From NCBI GenBank assembly GCA_973895155.1, contig OZ316892.1, forward strand, positions 30,993,802-31,057,801: a stretch of DNA of 64,000 bases, given 5' to 3'. Position 1 is the first letter of the stretch, and every line of letters begins with the position of its first letter. The position numbers and the translations under genes were made by a program. Below the pieces are notes generated by a model, which had not been told where the DNA came from, did no database searches, and was given only the letters and a program-made list of their open reading frames with translations. Positions 53,201-64,000 of the stretch are shown here, piece by piece. Source of the DNA: Marsupella aquatica. Its lineage: Eukaryota > Plantae > Marchantiophyta.

Positions 53201-56200
53201 ATAGTGGATTTTCTGCAGGCGTTGTGGCATAGCCGACGGGGTCCACAACGCCATCGATCATCGGCAAGGAATTAAATACCAAGGGATCGGCATACAAGCC
53301 GATTACGAGGGCAGAACAAATTGAGGCCCTATTAGAAGCCGAGAGAGCACAGCGGCCTAACTCTCAGGAGCAAGAGGTGGATGAGATGGACAGACACGAT
53401 CCAGAGCCAAGGCAGGAAGGGGAGCCGACCACTAATTCAAAACCGAATAGATCGGTAAGGGGACAATCTATGGACACCAAGGAAGGGACCGACTCGGCTA
53501 GTCCAGCCGAGATCCCAGTTTATGGAGGTATGAGATTAGAGAGACTGGAAGCCGAACTGGACCCGAATTTGAAGAAGCAGATTAATATGATCCAAGCACG
53601 GCAATATCGGAAGCTCGACTTAGGAGAGGGAAGAGAACTGAACTTAGGGAGAAACCTAGCACATGAGCTCGAGAAAGAGATCAGTGACTTATTGATTGAA
53701 TTTCAGGATGTGTTTGCATGGAGTCACCAAGATCTAAAGGGCGTAGATCCAACACTAGGGGAACATCGAATTGATCTCATGTTAGGAGCCAAATCATTTC
53801 GACAACCAATTCGAAGGATGAACCCGAAGTATTCCCTGCTGGTCAAAACAGAAATCGACAAACTAGTGGAAGCTGGATTCATCACTCCAGTCCTGCATTC
53901 AGACTGGGTGTCTCCAATTGTGATAGTTCCCAAGAAAGCTGGACCCGATGGTAAACCCAAGATCCGGGTTTGTCAGGATTACAGGAAGCTGAATGAAGCA
54001 ACATTAAAAGACCATTTTCCTTTACCGTTTACTGATATGGTACTAGACATGGTAGCCAGTCATGAACTATATTCATTTATGGATGGATACTCTGGTTATA
54101 ACCAAATCAGGATTCGGCAGGAAGACCAAATCAAGACGGCCTTCATCACGGAATGGGGGATCTATGTCTTCAATCGTATGCCGTTTGGACTCTGCAACGC
54201 ACCAGCTATGTTCCAACGATTAATGGTGAACATTTTTCATGATTACTTGAGAAAGTTCATGGAAATCTTCATTGATGACTTTGCAGTATTCGGGAAGGCA
54301 TCGAAACATGCTAAATACCTCAGGAAAACCTTCATGAGATGTAGGGAGGTGGGTCTCAAGTTACACCCAGATAAATGTTTTTTTGCAGTAACCGAGGGGG
54401 TGCTACTAGGTCACAAGGTATCAAGGAAGGGCATTGAGATTGACAAAGGTAAGCTAGCAGTATGGCTAGATATCATGCAACCTAAGAACATAAAGGATGT
54501 AAGATCCTTCTTGGGATGCATTGGTTACTATCGCCGGTTCATCAAGGATTTTGCCAAGCTAGCTTTACCATTAACCAATATGCTCAAGGCAGGAGCAGAC
54601 TTCGAACCCACACCCGAACGAGTCACAGCGGTGGTAGAATTGAAGCAGATGTTAGTAGAGGCCCCAGTCATGATAGCACCGGACTGGAACAAAGATTTTC
54701 ATGTTTTTGTAGATGTCTCGGGCTTCTGTATTGGCTCAGTACTAAGTCAGTTGGATGAGAAAGGAAGGGACCATCCCATATACTTCGCAAGCCGTCAGCT
54801 TGCCGATGCCGAACGGAACTACTCTACCACGGAAAGAGAAGCATTAGGAGTCATTTATTCTTGTAAAAAGTTTAGGCATTATTTACTAGGGTACAAGGTA
54901 ATCTTTCATACTGATCATGAAAGTTTGAAGTACCTAGTCAATAAGCCGGACCTTACAGGCAGAGTAGCAAGATGGATTTTGCTATTATAGGAGTTTGACT
55001 ATGAGCTGAGGATCAAGCCAGGAAAGTTACATGCCAATGCCGACTTCTTTTCAAGGATCACAGGTAAACCTGCCACGGATTGCATCGATGATCGATTCCC
55101 CGACGAGGAGCTATTCGTTGTGGAAATAGCTGGTACATGGTACCCTGAGATTTTACAATTTCTCAACACTTCCAGATTACAGCCAGGATTAAGCCGAGAG
55201 CAAGCCGCAGTCTTTGTGCGGAAGGTCAGACAGTATCAGTGCATTAAAGGCATACTGCACAAGCATGGAATCAACGGCACGATTCAAAGGTGTTTGGAGA
55301 AGAGAGAGGTAAAACAAGTCCTACGGGCCATGCATGGAGAGGAGGCCGGAGGACATTTTGCCCCAGTAACCACGTCTAAAAAGATATTAAATGCCGGTTA
55401 CTGGTGGCCCACCTTGCACAAAGATGTCTATCAGTTTATCAAACAATGCGATCCTTGTCAACGAGCGGGAGGACCAAGGGCGTCCACCAGGCATCCACTG
55501 CACCCTATTCTACCTCTGGCACCATTCGAGAAGTGGGGTATTGATTACATTGGACCTCTGAAACCACTGACCCACCCTCGACGGAACAAGTACATAATCC
55601 TGGCTACGGATTATGCAACTAAATGGGTAGAGGCCAGACCAACAACGAAGGATGATGCAATTACTACGGCTAGATTCATGTATGAGCAGATCTTCACCAG
55701 GTATGGAGCACCCCTAGAATTAGTTAGTGATAGAGGAACCCATTTTTTGAATGATATAATTAGTCGTTTAAATGAGCAGTATTTAGTTAAACATAGGCCT
55801 ACTACTCCCTACCATCCAAAGGCAAACGGGTTGACAGAACGAGTAAACGGAATCATAGGAAAGATATTGAACAAGACGGTAGCTCAGAACAAACTCGATT
55901 GGGATGATAAATTGTTTGCTGCTGTTTTTGCTTACAATCTGGCCTATAAATCCACTACCGGTCATACACCCTTCTTCTTAACCTTTGGACAAGAAGCCCT
56001 GGTACCCACGCAACTTGAGATACCGACATTTCAAGTTACAATTGAGGAAAGAGCCTCAGCGGAGGAGAGCCTAAAGGAGCGAGAATATAGGTTAGAAGCT
56101 TTAGAGGAAGCGAGAATGATTTCAGCCGAGAGAGTAGAATATAGACAGAATATCATGAAGCAGCAGTATGATAAAAGGTTAAAAGTAGTTAGTATTCATA

Positions 56201-56448
56201 CCGGTGATCTTGTGCTACTTTATGACAGTAGGTATAGTAGGTTTCCAGGAAAGCTTTACACTCGCTGGTTAGGACCCTTTAGAGTAACCATGATATTCCC
56301 CAATGGCTCCGTGCAATTGGCCAACATTACGGGAGAGGTATATCCAGTTCGCATCCATCATGACCGCCTCAAGAAATACTATATGGACGAAGATGAAGTT
56401 GTTCGCGAGGACGCTTCACAATTAAGTGGGGAGCTATGTGATGCCTAG
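50250..56448 (+). pseudogene. Gypsy gag-pol with two frameshifts and one premature stop
   Basis: Gag FHGRGDEDPDEWL; three CCHC knuckles; PR IDGGSG..LLIGRPWL; RT DYRKLN..FIDDF; RH; TAG at 54988; INT WGIDYIGP..SDRGTHF..GPF. Confidence 0.92.
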
Positions 56449-56797
56449 ACAGGAATCACTCGGCCGGTTAAGTGGGTAAAGCAGGAAGGCACCCTAGGAA
56501 CACCTTAGTATAGTGACAAAACAAGGAAAATATAAACAATTAGGGGCAACCATGGAACCCGGGCAGAGGCCGGAGGTAAGGCTGAGGGTGAAAACCCGAT
56601 TAGGGTTAGGGCGCGTTAAGCGTCGGCGGCTAGGAAGGATCAACGGGAAGAAGGACCGGCAAAGGAGAGGGGTAAGGAGCGCTTGCAGGAAATAGTGGCT
56701 CATTTGCGAGCACGAACTAGGCAGACGACTACGGGAGGCCAACTACTGTCAGCTGCTTAGGCAAGCACTCGGGGAGAGAGTAGATACCGACGATCAA
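56437..56797 (+). repeat. First 361 bp of the gypsy 3' LTR
   Basis: Identical to 45497-45857; breaks at a new TGTGA start. Confidence 0.93.
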
Positions 56798-58208
56798 TGT
56801 GACGCCGCCGGTACGGTGGTTAATGAGTGATTCAGTCTAACGGCGCTCGGCACGCGCGTTAGGTGGGTCTTAGGCCGCTATTATTAGCATAACGACAGTA
56901 TTTAGGTAATCATTAGGGGTAGGACATCATTAGGCAATAAGGGGGACTTCAGCTTCGGGCTGGCGGCGGGTCGCTATTCGCACACCCGGGTTATGAGCAT
57001 GGAGTGGCCCCTCCCTCGGGTCCGTATAATGAACTTAAGGAAGCGGCCACTGACGCACGCTGACTCAGACCGGCGGAGTGGCCGGTACACCACAAGCGTG
57101 AGCGGTTCAACCTATGGGCGTCGAGGAGACGTCGGGGATCGACAAGCCCTCAAAGTATAAAAGGGGAGCCAACCCTTTGTAGTGCACCAGTCCATCAGTC
57201 CGCGCGCCAGCTTCGACCCCAGCTCTCTCGTTCTCTCTAGGTCGCCACTACTATCTCCTCTGAATGTCGCACACGATCCTCTCCAGCTCGGCCATTCGAT
57301 TCTGGACGCAGTTCCTATCTACCGGAAGGCACTTGGCCGATTCATTGAAACACGCCAACCCGCGCCGATACAAGATCGAACGCGAATATGAGAGAGCCAT
57401 CCGCCTAGCAGGACGACACCACTACGTCCTTAACTTTGACTACCCATCTCAGAGCGAGCTTTACCGACCAGCCGAGGTATCTGGGTACTTCTTTGACGGA
57501 GACAAATATATCGGGTTCTGGGAAGCATTGCTTCGGCTTCCGGACGAGGTCTTCAATATCCCGGGTACAATCGACCTGCAGCGACATCACTTCGACCACA
57601 TCCCTGCCCAGGTTCGGGCAGTCATTAACGGCGAGTCCAGTACCAACCGTTCGACAAGGGCGTCCGCACTCGCTTCGGAGAACTTCTACCAGCACCTACA
57701 GAGCTTCATGGGAACTCGGCCATCAACCAACATGACCAACTCAGCCGGACCCGTACCCGTACCCGTACCCGTGCCCATGCAACCTCAGCTTCAGCTTCAG
57801 CCTCAGCCGCAGCCTAGCCAAACCCCACCACCTATCACCCAGCCAGCACAGGTACGCTCCGTCATCAACGCGGTGGATCTTAGCGATGACGACGAGGCTA
57901 CCCCACCCTTGACCAGGCGGCCTAGAGGAACAAGCGCTCGGGGGGCCGACACTATACCGTCCCCACCCCCTACTCTGACCCCAGGAGCGGCCCCAGCAGA
58001 CAACATGGTGACCGTGGCCGCCCCGGGCCCGTTACCAACCGCAGTGGCACTCCCCAGGCCCGATCGGGAGGATGGGGAAGTATCACCTTCCCCGAGTCAG
58101 TCACGGGGAAAGAAGAGAAAGGAATCCGCCAGTGCATCCGGGTTACCGTTAGCCACGGTAGCCGTAGCCAAGGTAACGATGCATCGCATGGGGGAAAACG
58201 TTCACAGC
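56798..58208 (+). mobile_element. 5' part of a second LTR-like element carrying a TATA box and an ORF
   Basis: Starts TGTGACGCC exactly where LTR identity stops. TATAAAAG at 57156. Interrupted at 58209 by a copia LTR. Its other end is outside the window. Confidence 0.65.
57264..58208 (+). CDS. Uncharacterised protein (globular N-terminus, Pro/Gln-rich region, SIM-like AVDLSDDDE), truncated by copia
   Basis: ATG 108 nt after the TATA box. The last 26 aa of the 341-aa ORF call are read-through into the copia LTR. Confidence 0.65.
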
Positions 58209-58245
58209 TGTTGGGTATTTACTCTTACGTCTAGGTTAGGTATGA

Positions 58246-58423
58246 CGTGGTTGGTACAACAACGTGGGTTGGTACAACTACGTGGTTAGGTACAACTATG
58301 TGATTAGGTACAACTATGTGGTTAGGTACAACTACGTGATTAGGTACAACTATGTGGTTAGGTACAACTACGTGATTAGGTACAACTATGTGGTTAGGTA
58401 CAACTATGTGGTTAGGTACAACT
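58246..58423. repeat. 18-bp tandem repeat (~10 copies) in the copia LTR U3
   Basis: ggtacaacta(c/t)gtg(g/a)tta units. Confidence 0.92.
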
Positions 58424-59841
58424 AAGTTGCACACTATATCATAAGAGGCATGTGTGCTTGGAGAGGTAGAACCAAGGCTCATTGTTATGGAGCCACTTGA
58501 GAGATAGGGAGAGCTTACACTGTGGAGACTCGGTATAGCCGACGGGCTTAGAGTTCAGTAAAGTTCTCTTGTGTGTTCCCGTGGACGTAGCCTCAAGGAG
58601 GTGAACCACGTATCTCTTGTGTCGACTATTGTGCGTTGGATGGTTCATGGGCTTGCCGTTGCGATCGTCGTCTATGCTCAACAATTGGTATCAGAGCATG
58701 CTTGGGAGGTGACGTGTGTTCGTGACGGGATTTCATGACGGTTTTTCCAGCGTTGAGTGTTGGTGGATTTTCCAGAGTTCCATCGCATGGAACTTGGAGT
58801 TTATGGGCTCAACGGATAGATCAGGGCAAGAGCTTTCTAACGGTGTGAAGAAATCGTTGAACGGAGCTCGTGGTGCAGAGAGATCTAAGTTTTCGTCGTT
58901 CTGGATTTTGTGAAGAAAGTTGGCAATCGACTCGGAGGGAGAAGCGTCAAGTGTTTTGACTCAACGGAGAGATTGAGGCAAGACGATTGTTTTTGAGTCC
59001 GGGATTGGCTCTTTGATGCAAAGAGGAAGGCTAAGCAAAATCAATTACCTTGTTGGACTTGGTGACGGCACCAAGTGCAATTGATCAACATTCGTTGTTG
59101 ACAAGGTACCATTTTTTTCTCTTTGAAAAACTGATTCGAAATTGGCTATGGCAATTGAGAGAAATCTGTCATCTTTACCAATTTTTTTCTCCCTCGTTCT
59201 TTCCTCGTTTTGGGTGCTTCTTATATCGATCTTCATTGCCTCGGAGTCTAGTTTCCAAATCTGAAATCGGATCTTGATTTCGTCAAAACCCGAGTGAGAT
59301 ATCTTGCGTTTGGTGTCGAGGGGTACATTCTGCCGTGTGTATTTTCTGCGCGCGCGACCAGATTTCGACGACGAAGGGTGGTAGGGGGTTTTGGGGGTTC
59401 GAGGACACATGTCAGCCCCTCGATTGTTCTTCCAAAATTCCCACAGGGCCTGTACAAGGGTCATAGAATATTCCAAAAAACCAGAGAGCTATTTTTTTAC
59501 CGTCCGACAAAGATTTCATCCGCCGAACGGTAACTTTTTTGGTTATTTTTCGGCGAGGTCGTAGCCATTGAAGTTGGCAATGCAGCGCACCAATCACATC
59601 GCAATTCCGACAACGGGTTGTACTTGGTATTTCGGTTATTCCCTGAGGTGGTCAAAACGGGGGAGTTTCCCAAGGTTTTACCCACCTCGACCGAAATTTG
59701 AATAACTTTTCCGTCAAATTTCGATTTTGATTTCGGTTTTCAGTATTGGACTCCTAGCTTTGTAGGCTACGCGGCGGTGTTGAGTTTTGAGTTTTTTGAG
59801 AAGTTGTGAAAAACAACATTTTTTGTGACTTTCTCATATGA

Positions 59842-60873
59842 GTGATTCGGAGGAGTTTTTTCGAAGACGTGGAACTTGAAGCACGAGGATCACCGCGGAG
59901 GTTTCAGGGGCAGAGAGAGGAGCAGGAGGAAGAGCACGTGACACCGATACCATCACCGGTGCGGCGTGTGGTGGAGGAAGCAGTACTACTACCGGAGCTC
60001 ACGGTAAAGAAGAAGATGGGGACTTTCAAGCTTGGGGGACCCAAGTATGAAGTGACAAAGTATGATGGGCGCTCTGACTACTTGCTATGGGAGAAGCAAG
60101 TGAAGGGAGTGCTTTATGCGTCAGGGATGGGCCAACTGCTGAGCCCTCGTGAAGACGATGTTGATGAGAAACAATGGGACCGCATGCAGGAGCAGGGAGT
60201 GTGGTGTGTTACACTCTATCTCATGCCTCCCATCATCAAGCAGTTAGGTGCACATAAGGATTGCATGTCCTTGTTTGCGGAATTGCAGAGCAAGTATCAC
60301 CGCAAGGAGTTGTCGAACCGGCTCTACACTTCCTACAAACTGATGAGTTTCAGGATGAAGGAATCTGGTACAAAGTTGCAAGACCATGTGGATGCTTTCA
60401 ACGACATGGTCGTTGACTTGGAAAACCTTGGGGAGACTTTGAATGATGAGACGAAGGCTCTGCAGCTTCTTAGTTCATTGCCTCCATCTTACCAGTCCCT
60501 ATCACGAGTGTTGTTGCATCGTGATAGGGATACCATTTCATACAATGACGTGGTAAGTTCTCTGCTTAGTGATGATCTTCAGCAGAAGATGCACATCACG
60601 TCACAGCCTTCATCATCTGGTGCTGCCCTCAATGTTAACCGTGGGAGGAGTATGCAGCGACCAACTGGGGACCGTAGAACCCAGTTTAGATCTAAATCCA
60701 GATCTAAGTCCAAGGGTAAATCCCCTCAGAGGAGGCAGGTGACATGTTGGAAGTACAACCAAGTTGGACACTTCAAGCGAGACTGTAAGGGAAAGGCAGC
60801 GGAAACTTCATCGGCAAATGTGGCTAGGGCTGATGGAGAAGCTGATTTACTCAATGATGAGTATGTTTTATGA
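59842..60873 (+). CDS. Copia Gag
   Basis: KYDGRSDYLLWEKQV, a UBN2-like LLSSLPPSY, and a degenerate knuckle CWKYNQVGHFKRDC. Confidence 0.88.
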   Translation: MIRRSFFEDVELEARGSPRRFQGQREEQEEEHVTPIPSPVRRVVEEAVLLPELTVKKKMGTFKLGGPKYEVTKYDGRSDYLLWEKQVKGVLYASGMGQLLSPREDDVDEKQWDRMQEQGVWCVTLYLMPPIIKQLGAHKDCMSLFAELQSKYHRKELSNRLYTSYKLMSFRMKESGTKLQDHVDAFNDMVVDLENLGETLNDETKALQLLSSLPPSYQSLSRVLLHRDRDTISYNDVVSSLLSDDLQQKMHITSQPSSSGAALNVNRGRSMQRPTGDRRTQFRSKSRSKSKGKSPQRRQVTCWKYNQVGHFKRDCKGKAAETSSANVARADGEADLLNDEYVL

Positions 60874-63800
60874 AGCCGGGGGTATGCCCTGTGCACGTCA
60901 TCTAGGAGAGCAGATGATGTGTGGATTCTTGATTGTGCTTGCTCTTTTCATATTTGTTACATTCGTGAGTTTTTCAGTTCTTACTCTGTTTCAAACGGTT
61001 CAGTTCTGATGGGAAATGATCACTCCTGTCAAATTGAGGGAATTGGGTCTGTGAAGATTCAAATGTTTGATGGCGCTGTGCGCATAGTGTCCGGAGTCAG
61101 GTATGTACCTGGCATGCGTAAGAATCTGATTTCACTCGGTGTGTTGGATTCAAATGGTCATCAATGGAGCGTTATTGATGGTGAACTTCAAGTCAGGTCG
61201 GGAGAGACAGTGATTTTGAAGGGGAGTAGACAAAAGAATTTGTATGTGTTACAGGGCAATACTGTATGTGGAGAGGCCAATGTAACCAAGTCTCACGAGG
61301 AGATGACTCAACTGTGGCATTCACGGCTAGGCCACATGAGTGAGAAGGGTTTGGCTATCTTACGGAAGAATGGACTCATTTCTGATTTGCAATCTTGTAA
61401 ATTAGAGTTTTGTGAGCATTGCATTCTTGGAAAGCAGCATCGTCGTGCTTTTGGTGTTGGAACTCATCGTTCCAAAGCGGTTCTTGAGTACATACATAGT
61501 GACGTGTGGGGTCCATCCCCGACTCCCTCACACTCTGGAAAGTTGTACTATGTATCATTTATTGATGATTACTCAAGATTTGTGTGGATTTATTTCATGA
61601 CGCATAAGTCTGATGTCTTGTCCATTTTTAAGAAGTGGAAGGCCCAGGTGGAGAATCAGACTGGAAACACGATCAAGTGTTTGGATACAAGGGTGAAGAG
61701 TCTGAGGTCAGACAACGGCGGGGAGTACACTTCAATGGAATTTGAAGAGTACTGTTCAGAACAGGGGATAACTCGCCATCTCACCACAGTTTATACTCCG
61801 CAGCAGAATGGTGTCGCTGAGAGGCTCAATCGGACACTGTTGGAGCGGTCACGGAGTATGTTGAGCCAATCAGGTTTACCACAAGAATTTTGGGCAGAAG
61901 CTGTCAATACCGCAGCTTATTTGGTAAATCTTTCTCCTTCTAGTGCTATCAATTTCAAAACGCCGTTTGAGATGCGCTATAAGCGGCAAGCAGACTATCA
62001 TGGCTTGGTAATTTTTGGAAGTGATGCATATGCTCTCACACCAAAGCAGAATAGGACCAAGTTGGATCCTACCTCCAGGAAATGTGTTTTTCTTGGGTAC
62101 CAGAGTGGTGTGAAAGCCTATAGGCTATGGGATCCTATTGCCTGTAAGCTCGTTGTCAGTAGGGATGTTTCCTTCAATGAATCCAGATTATTGAAGGAGG
62201 GGGAGAATACTCAGGTCTCCCGTACTGACAAAGGAAAATCTCCTATCCCGGATCTCGTTGAGGGGGAGATTGGTTATGAGATGCATGACCGGAGAGAAGG
62301 AGTTGCTCCAATTATGGAGCTGGTTCCTATGCCAGAGGAACCAGAGGAGTTTGTTGATGCTGGTGAGCAACAAGTGGATGCTGTTGAGCTTCAAATTGTA
62401 CCAGCACACGCAGATCAACCGGAGTCATCGACTAGAAGAACATCTGGTCGCACTGTACACGCTCCATCAAGGTATGGACAGTGGGTTGATTCATCTCAAC
62501 TGCAAGAGGATGATTTTACAGCTGATGATGAGGGTGATGCGTTAATTTTGGAAGAAGGAGAACCTTCTTCATTTCATGAGGCAAGTGCTTCAAAAGAGAA
62601 GCAGAAGTGGACTGCAGCAATGCAAACGGAGATGCAGTCACTAAAGGACAACAAAACTTGGGAGCTTGTTAAGCTGCCTAAGGGTCAGCAAGTGGTGGAC
62701 AGCAAGTGGATTTACAAGCTGAAGGATAATTCCATAGGAGGTGGATCGAAGGTCTACAAGGCTAGATTGGTAGCAAAGGGATTCACACAAGAGAAAGGTG
62801 TGGATTACAATGAGGTCTTCTCACCAGTTGCTAAGTACTCTACAATACGACTATTGTGTGTACTTGTTGTAATGTTTGGTCTACTCCTAGATCAGATGGA
62901 TGTTGTCACAGCTTTCCTCTATGGCACATTGGAAGAGGTGATCTTCATGAGACAACCGCTAGGTTTTGTGAAGAGAGGACAGGAGGAATTGGTTTGCAGA
63001 TTGCTGAAATCCTTGTATGGGTTGAAGCAGTCACCAAGACAGTGGAACAAGCGGTTTGACGATTGGATTCGGTCACAAGGTTTTCACAGAAGTGTATTTG
63101 ACCCTTGTGTGTATTTGAAACCGGTGAAGAATGTTGTCTTTGGGTTCATTGTTTTAGTACTTTATGTGGATGACATGCTAATTGCAGCCAAGGATAGGTC
63201 TGAGATTGTTAAGCTCAAGGCACTGCTTAGTGCAGAGTTTAAGATGAAGGACTTAGGGCCAGCTAAGAGGATTTTGGGTATGGAGATCACTAGGGACTTG
63301 GAGGCTGGCAAGCTATGGTTGACGCAGAGCAGTTATGCGAGGAAGGTAATTGCAAGGTTCAACATGGAGAATAGCAAGCCAGTAAGTACCCCGTTGGCTC
63401 CACACTTCAAGTTATCATCAGCGTTCTGTCCTACGGATGACACAGAGAAGGGGTTGATGTCAAAGGTTCCATATGACAAGGCAGTGGGGAGTCTCATGTA
63501 TTTGATGACTTGCACTAGACCTGATCTTGCCATGGCTATGGGCAAGGTGAGCAGGTACATGTCGAATCCAGGGAAGGTACACTGGGAAGCAGTGAAGTGG
63601 ATTATCAGGTACTTGAAGGGTACCGTGGATCATGGTCTTTTATTTGATGCGAATGCAAAGAATGCTAGATCATTGATTGGCTATGTAGATTCTGACTATG
63701 GACAAGATTTGGACCGAAGGAGATCAACAACAGGATACGTGTTCACACTTGGCGGTGGATGCATAAGTTGGAGGTCTACTTTGCAGAAGTGTATTGCTCA

Positions 63801-64000
63801 GTCTACTACAGAAGCGGAGTATGTTGCAGCTGCGGAAGCAGCAAAGGAAGCGATTTGGTTGGATAGACTTATCACTGAAATGGGATTGCCACAGGGGAAT
63901 GTGAAGCTCCATTGTGATAGTCAAAGTGCGCTCCACCTTGCTGTGAACCAGGTGATGGACAGTAGAGTGAAGCACATTGACGTCAGGTACCATTTTATCA
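60874..64000 (+). CDS. Copia Pol (PR-INT-RT-RH), apparently open to the window end, same frame as gag after one TGA
   Basis: WILDCACSFH, LWHSRLGH, SDVWGP, RSDNGGEY, QQNGVAER, YKARLVAKG, LYGLKQ, LYVDDM, YVDSDY, KHIDVRYHF. Confidence 0.9.

Larger units (their letters stand above)
45497..56797 (+). mobile_element. Ty3/gypsy non-chromovirus element (Phygy/Athila-like; no extra RNase H or chromodomain seen), 3' LTR interrupted
   Basis: 45497-45857 is identical to 56437-56797. PBS tggcgctagatggaggggg at 50185 follows ..gcaccaca tttt. PPT aagtggggag at ~56424. Domain order gag-PR-RT-RH-INT. Confidence 0.92.
58209..64000 (+). mobile_element. Ty1/copia LTR retrotransposon (Tork/Tnt1-like), runs off the window
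   Basis: LTR TGTTGGGTAT..ATGCTCAACA (58209-58683), PBS tggtatcagagc (58686), long leader, gag and pol. Confidence 0.92.

Noticed and set aside
58246-58423. Regular 18-bp repeats as a CRISPR array
   Set aside because: Head-to-tail repeats with no spacers, in a eukaryotic copia LTR, and no cas genes.
56798-58683. A single 1.9-kb copia LTR
   Set aside because: The LTR end ATGCTCAACA pairs much better with TGTTGGGTAT at 58209, so 56798-58208 is treated as a separate element.

Overview
Eukaryotic, intron-containing, TE-dense DNA, most likely from a non-seed land plant such as a bryophyte (inferred from the TE lineages and gene content). From left to right: (1) the 3' part of an organellar-type isoleucyl-tRNA synthetase gene with at least four disablements; (2) an RNase H fragment and a spliced Crinkler-type SAM-like/nuclease/kinase gene; (3) a decayed, intron-containing beta-class (N4C/N6A) DNA methyltransferase-like gene associated with five copies of a 15-bp palindrome; (4) a Sola-type DNA transposon interrupted by a full-length Bianca-lineage Ty1/copia element; (5) a Ty3/gypsy relic; (6) a ~13-kb cassette with a methyltransferase-like ORF in frame with a Ulp1 SUMO protease, two Transposase_32/ATHILA-ORF1-like ORFs and a SIM-SNF2-RING (RAD5/Uls1-like) gene; (7) a four-level nest, LINE ORF1 <- non-chromovirus gypsy <- second LTR-like element <- Tork-like copia. 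The strongest novelty candidates are the SUMO/methylation/remodelling cassette and long ORFs that appear to sit inside LTRs, including a 1129-aa ORF in a 4.7-kb LTR. All family assignments come from visual motif recognition; no database searches were run.
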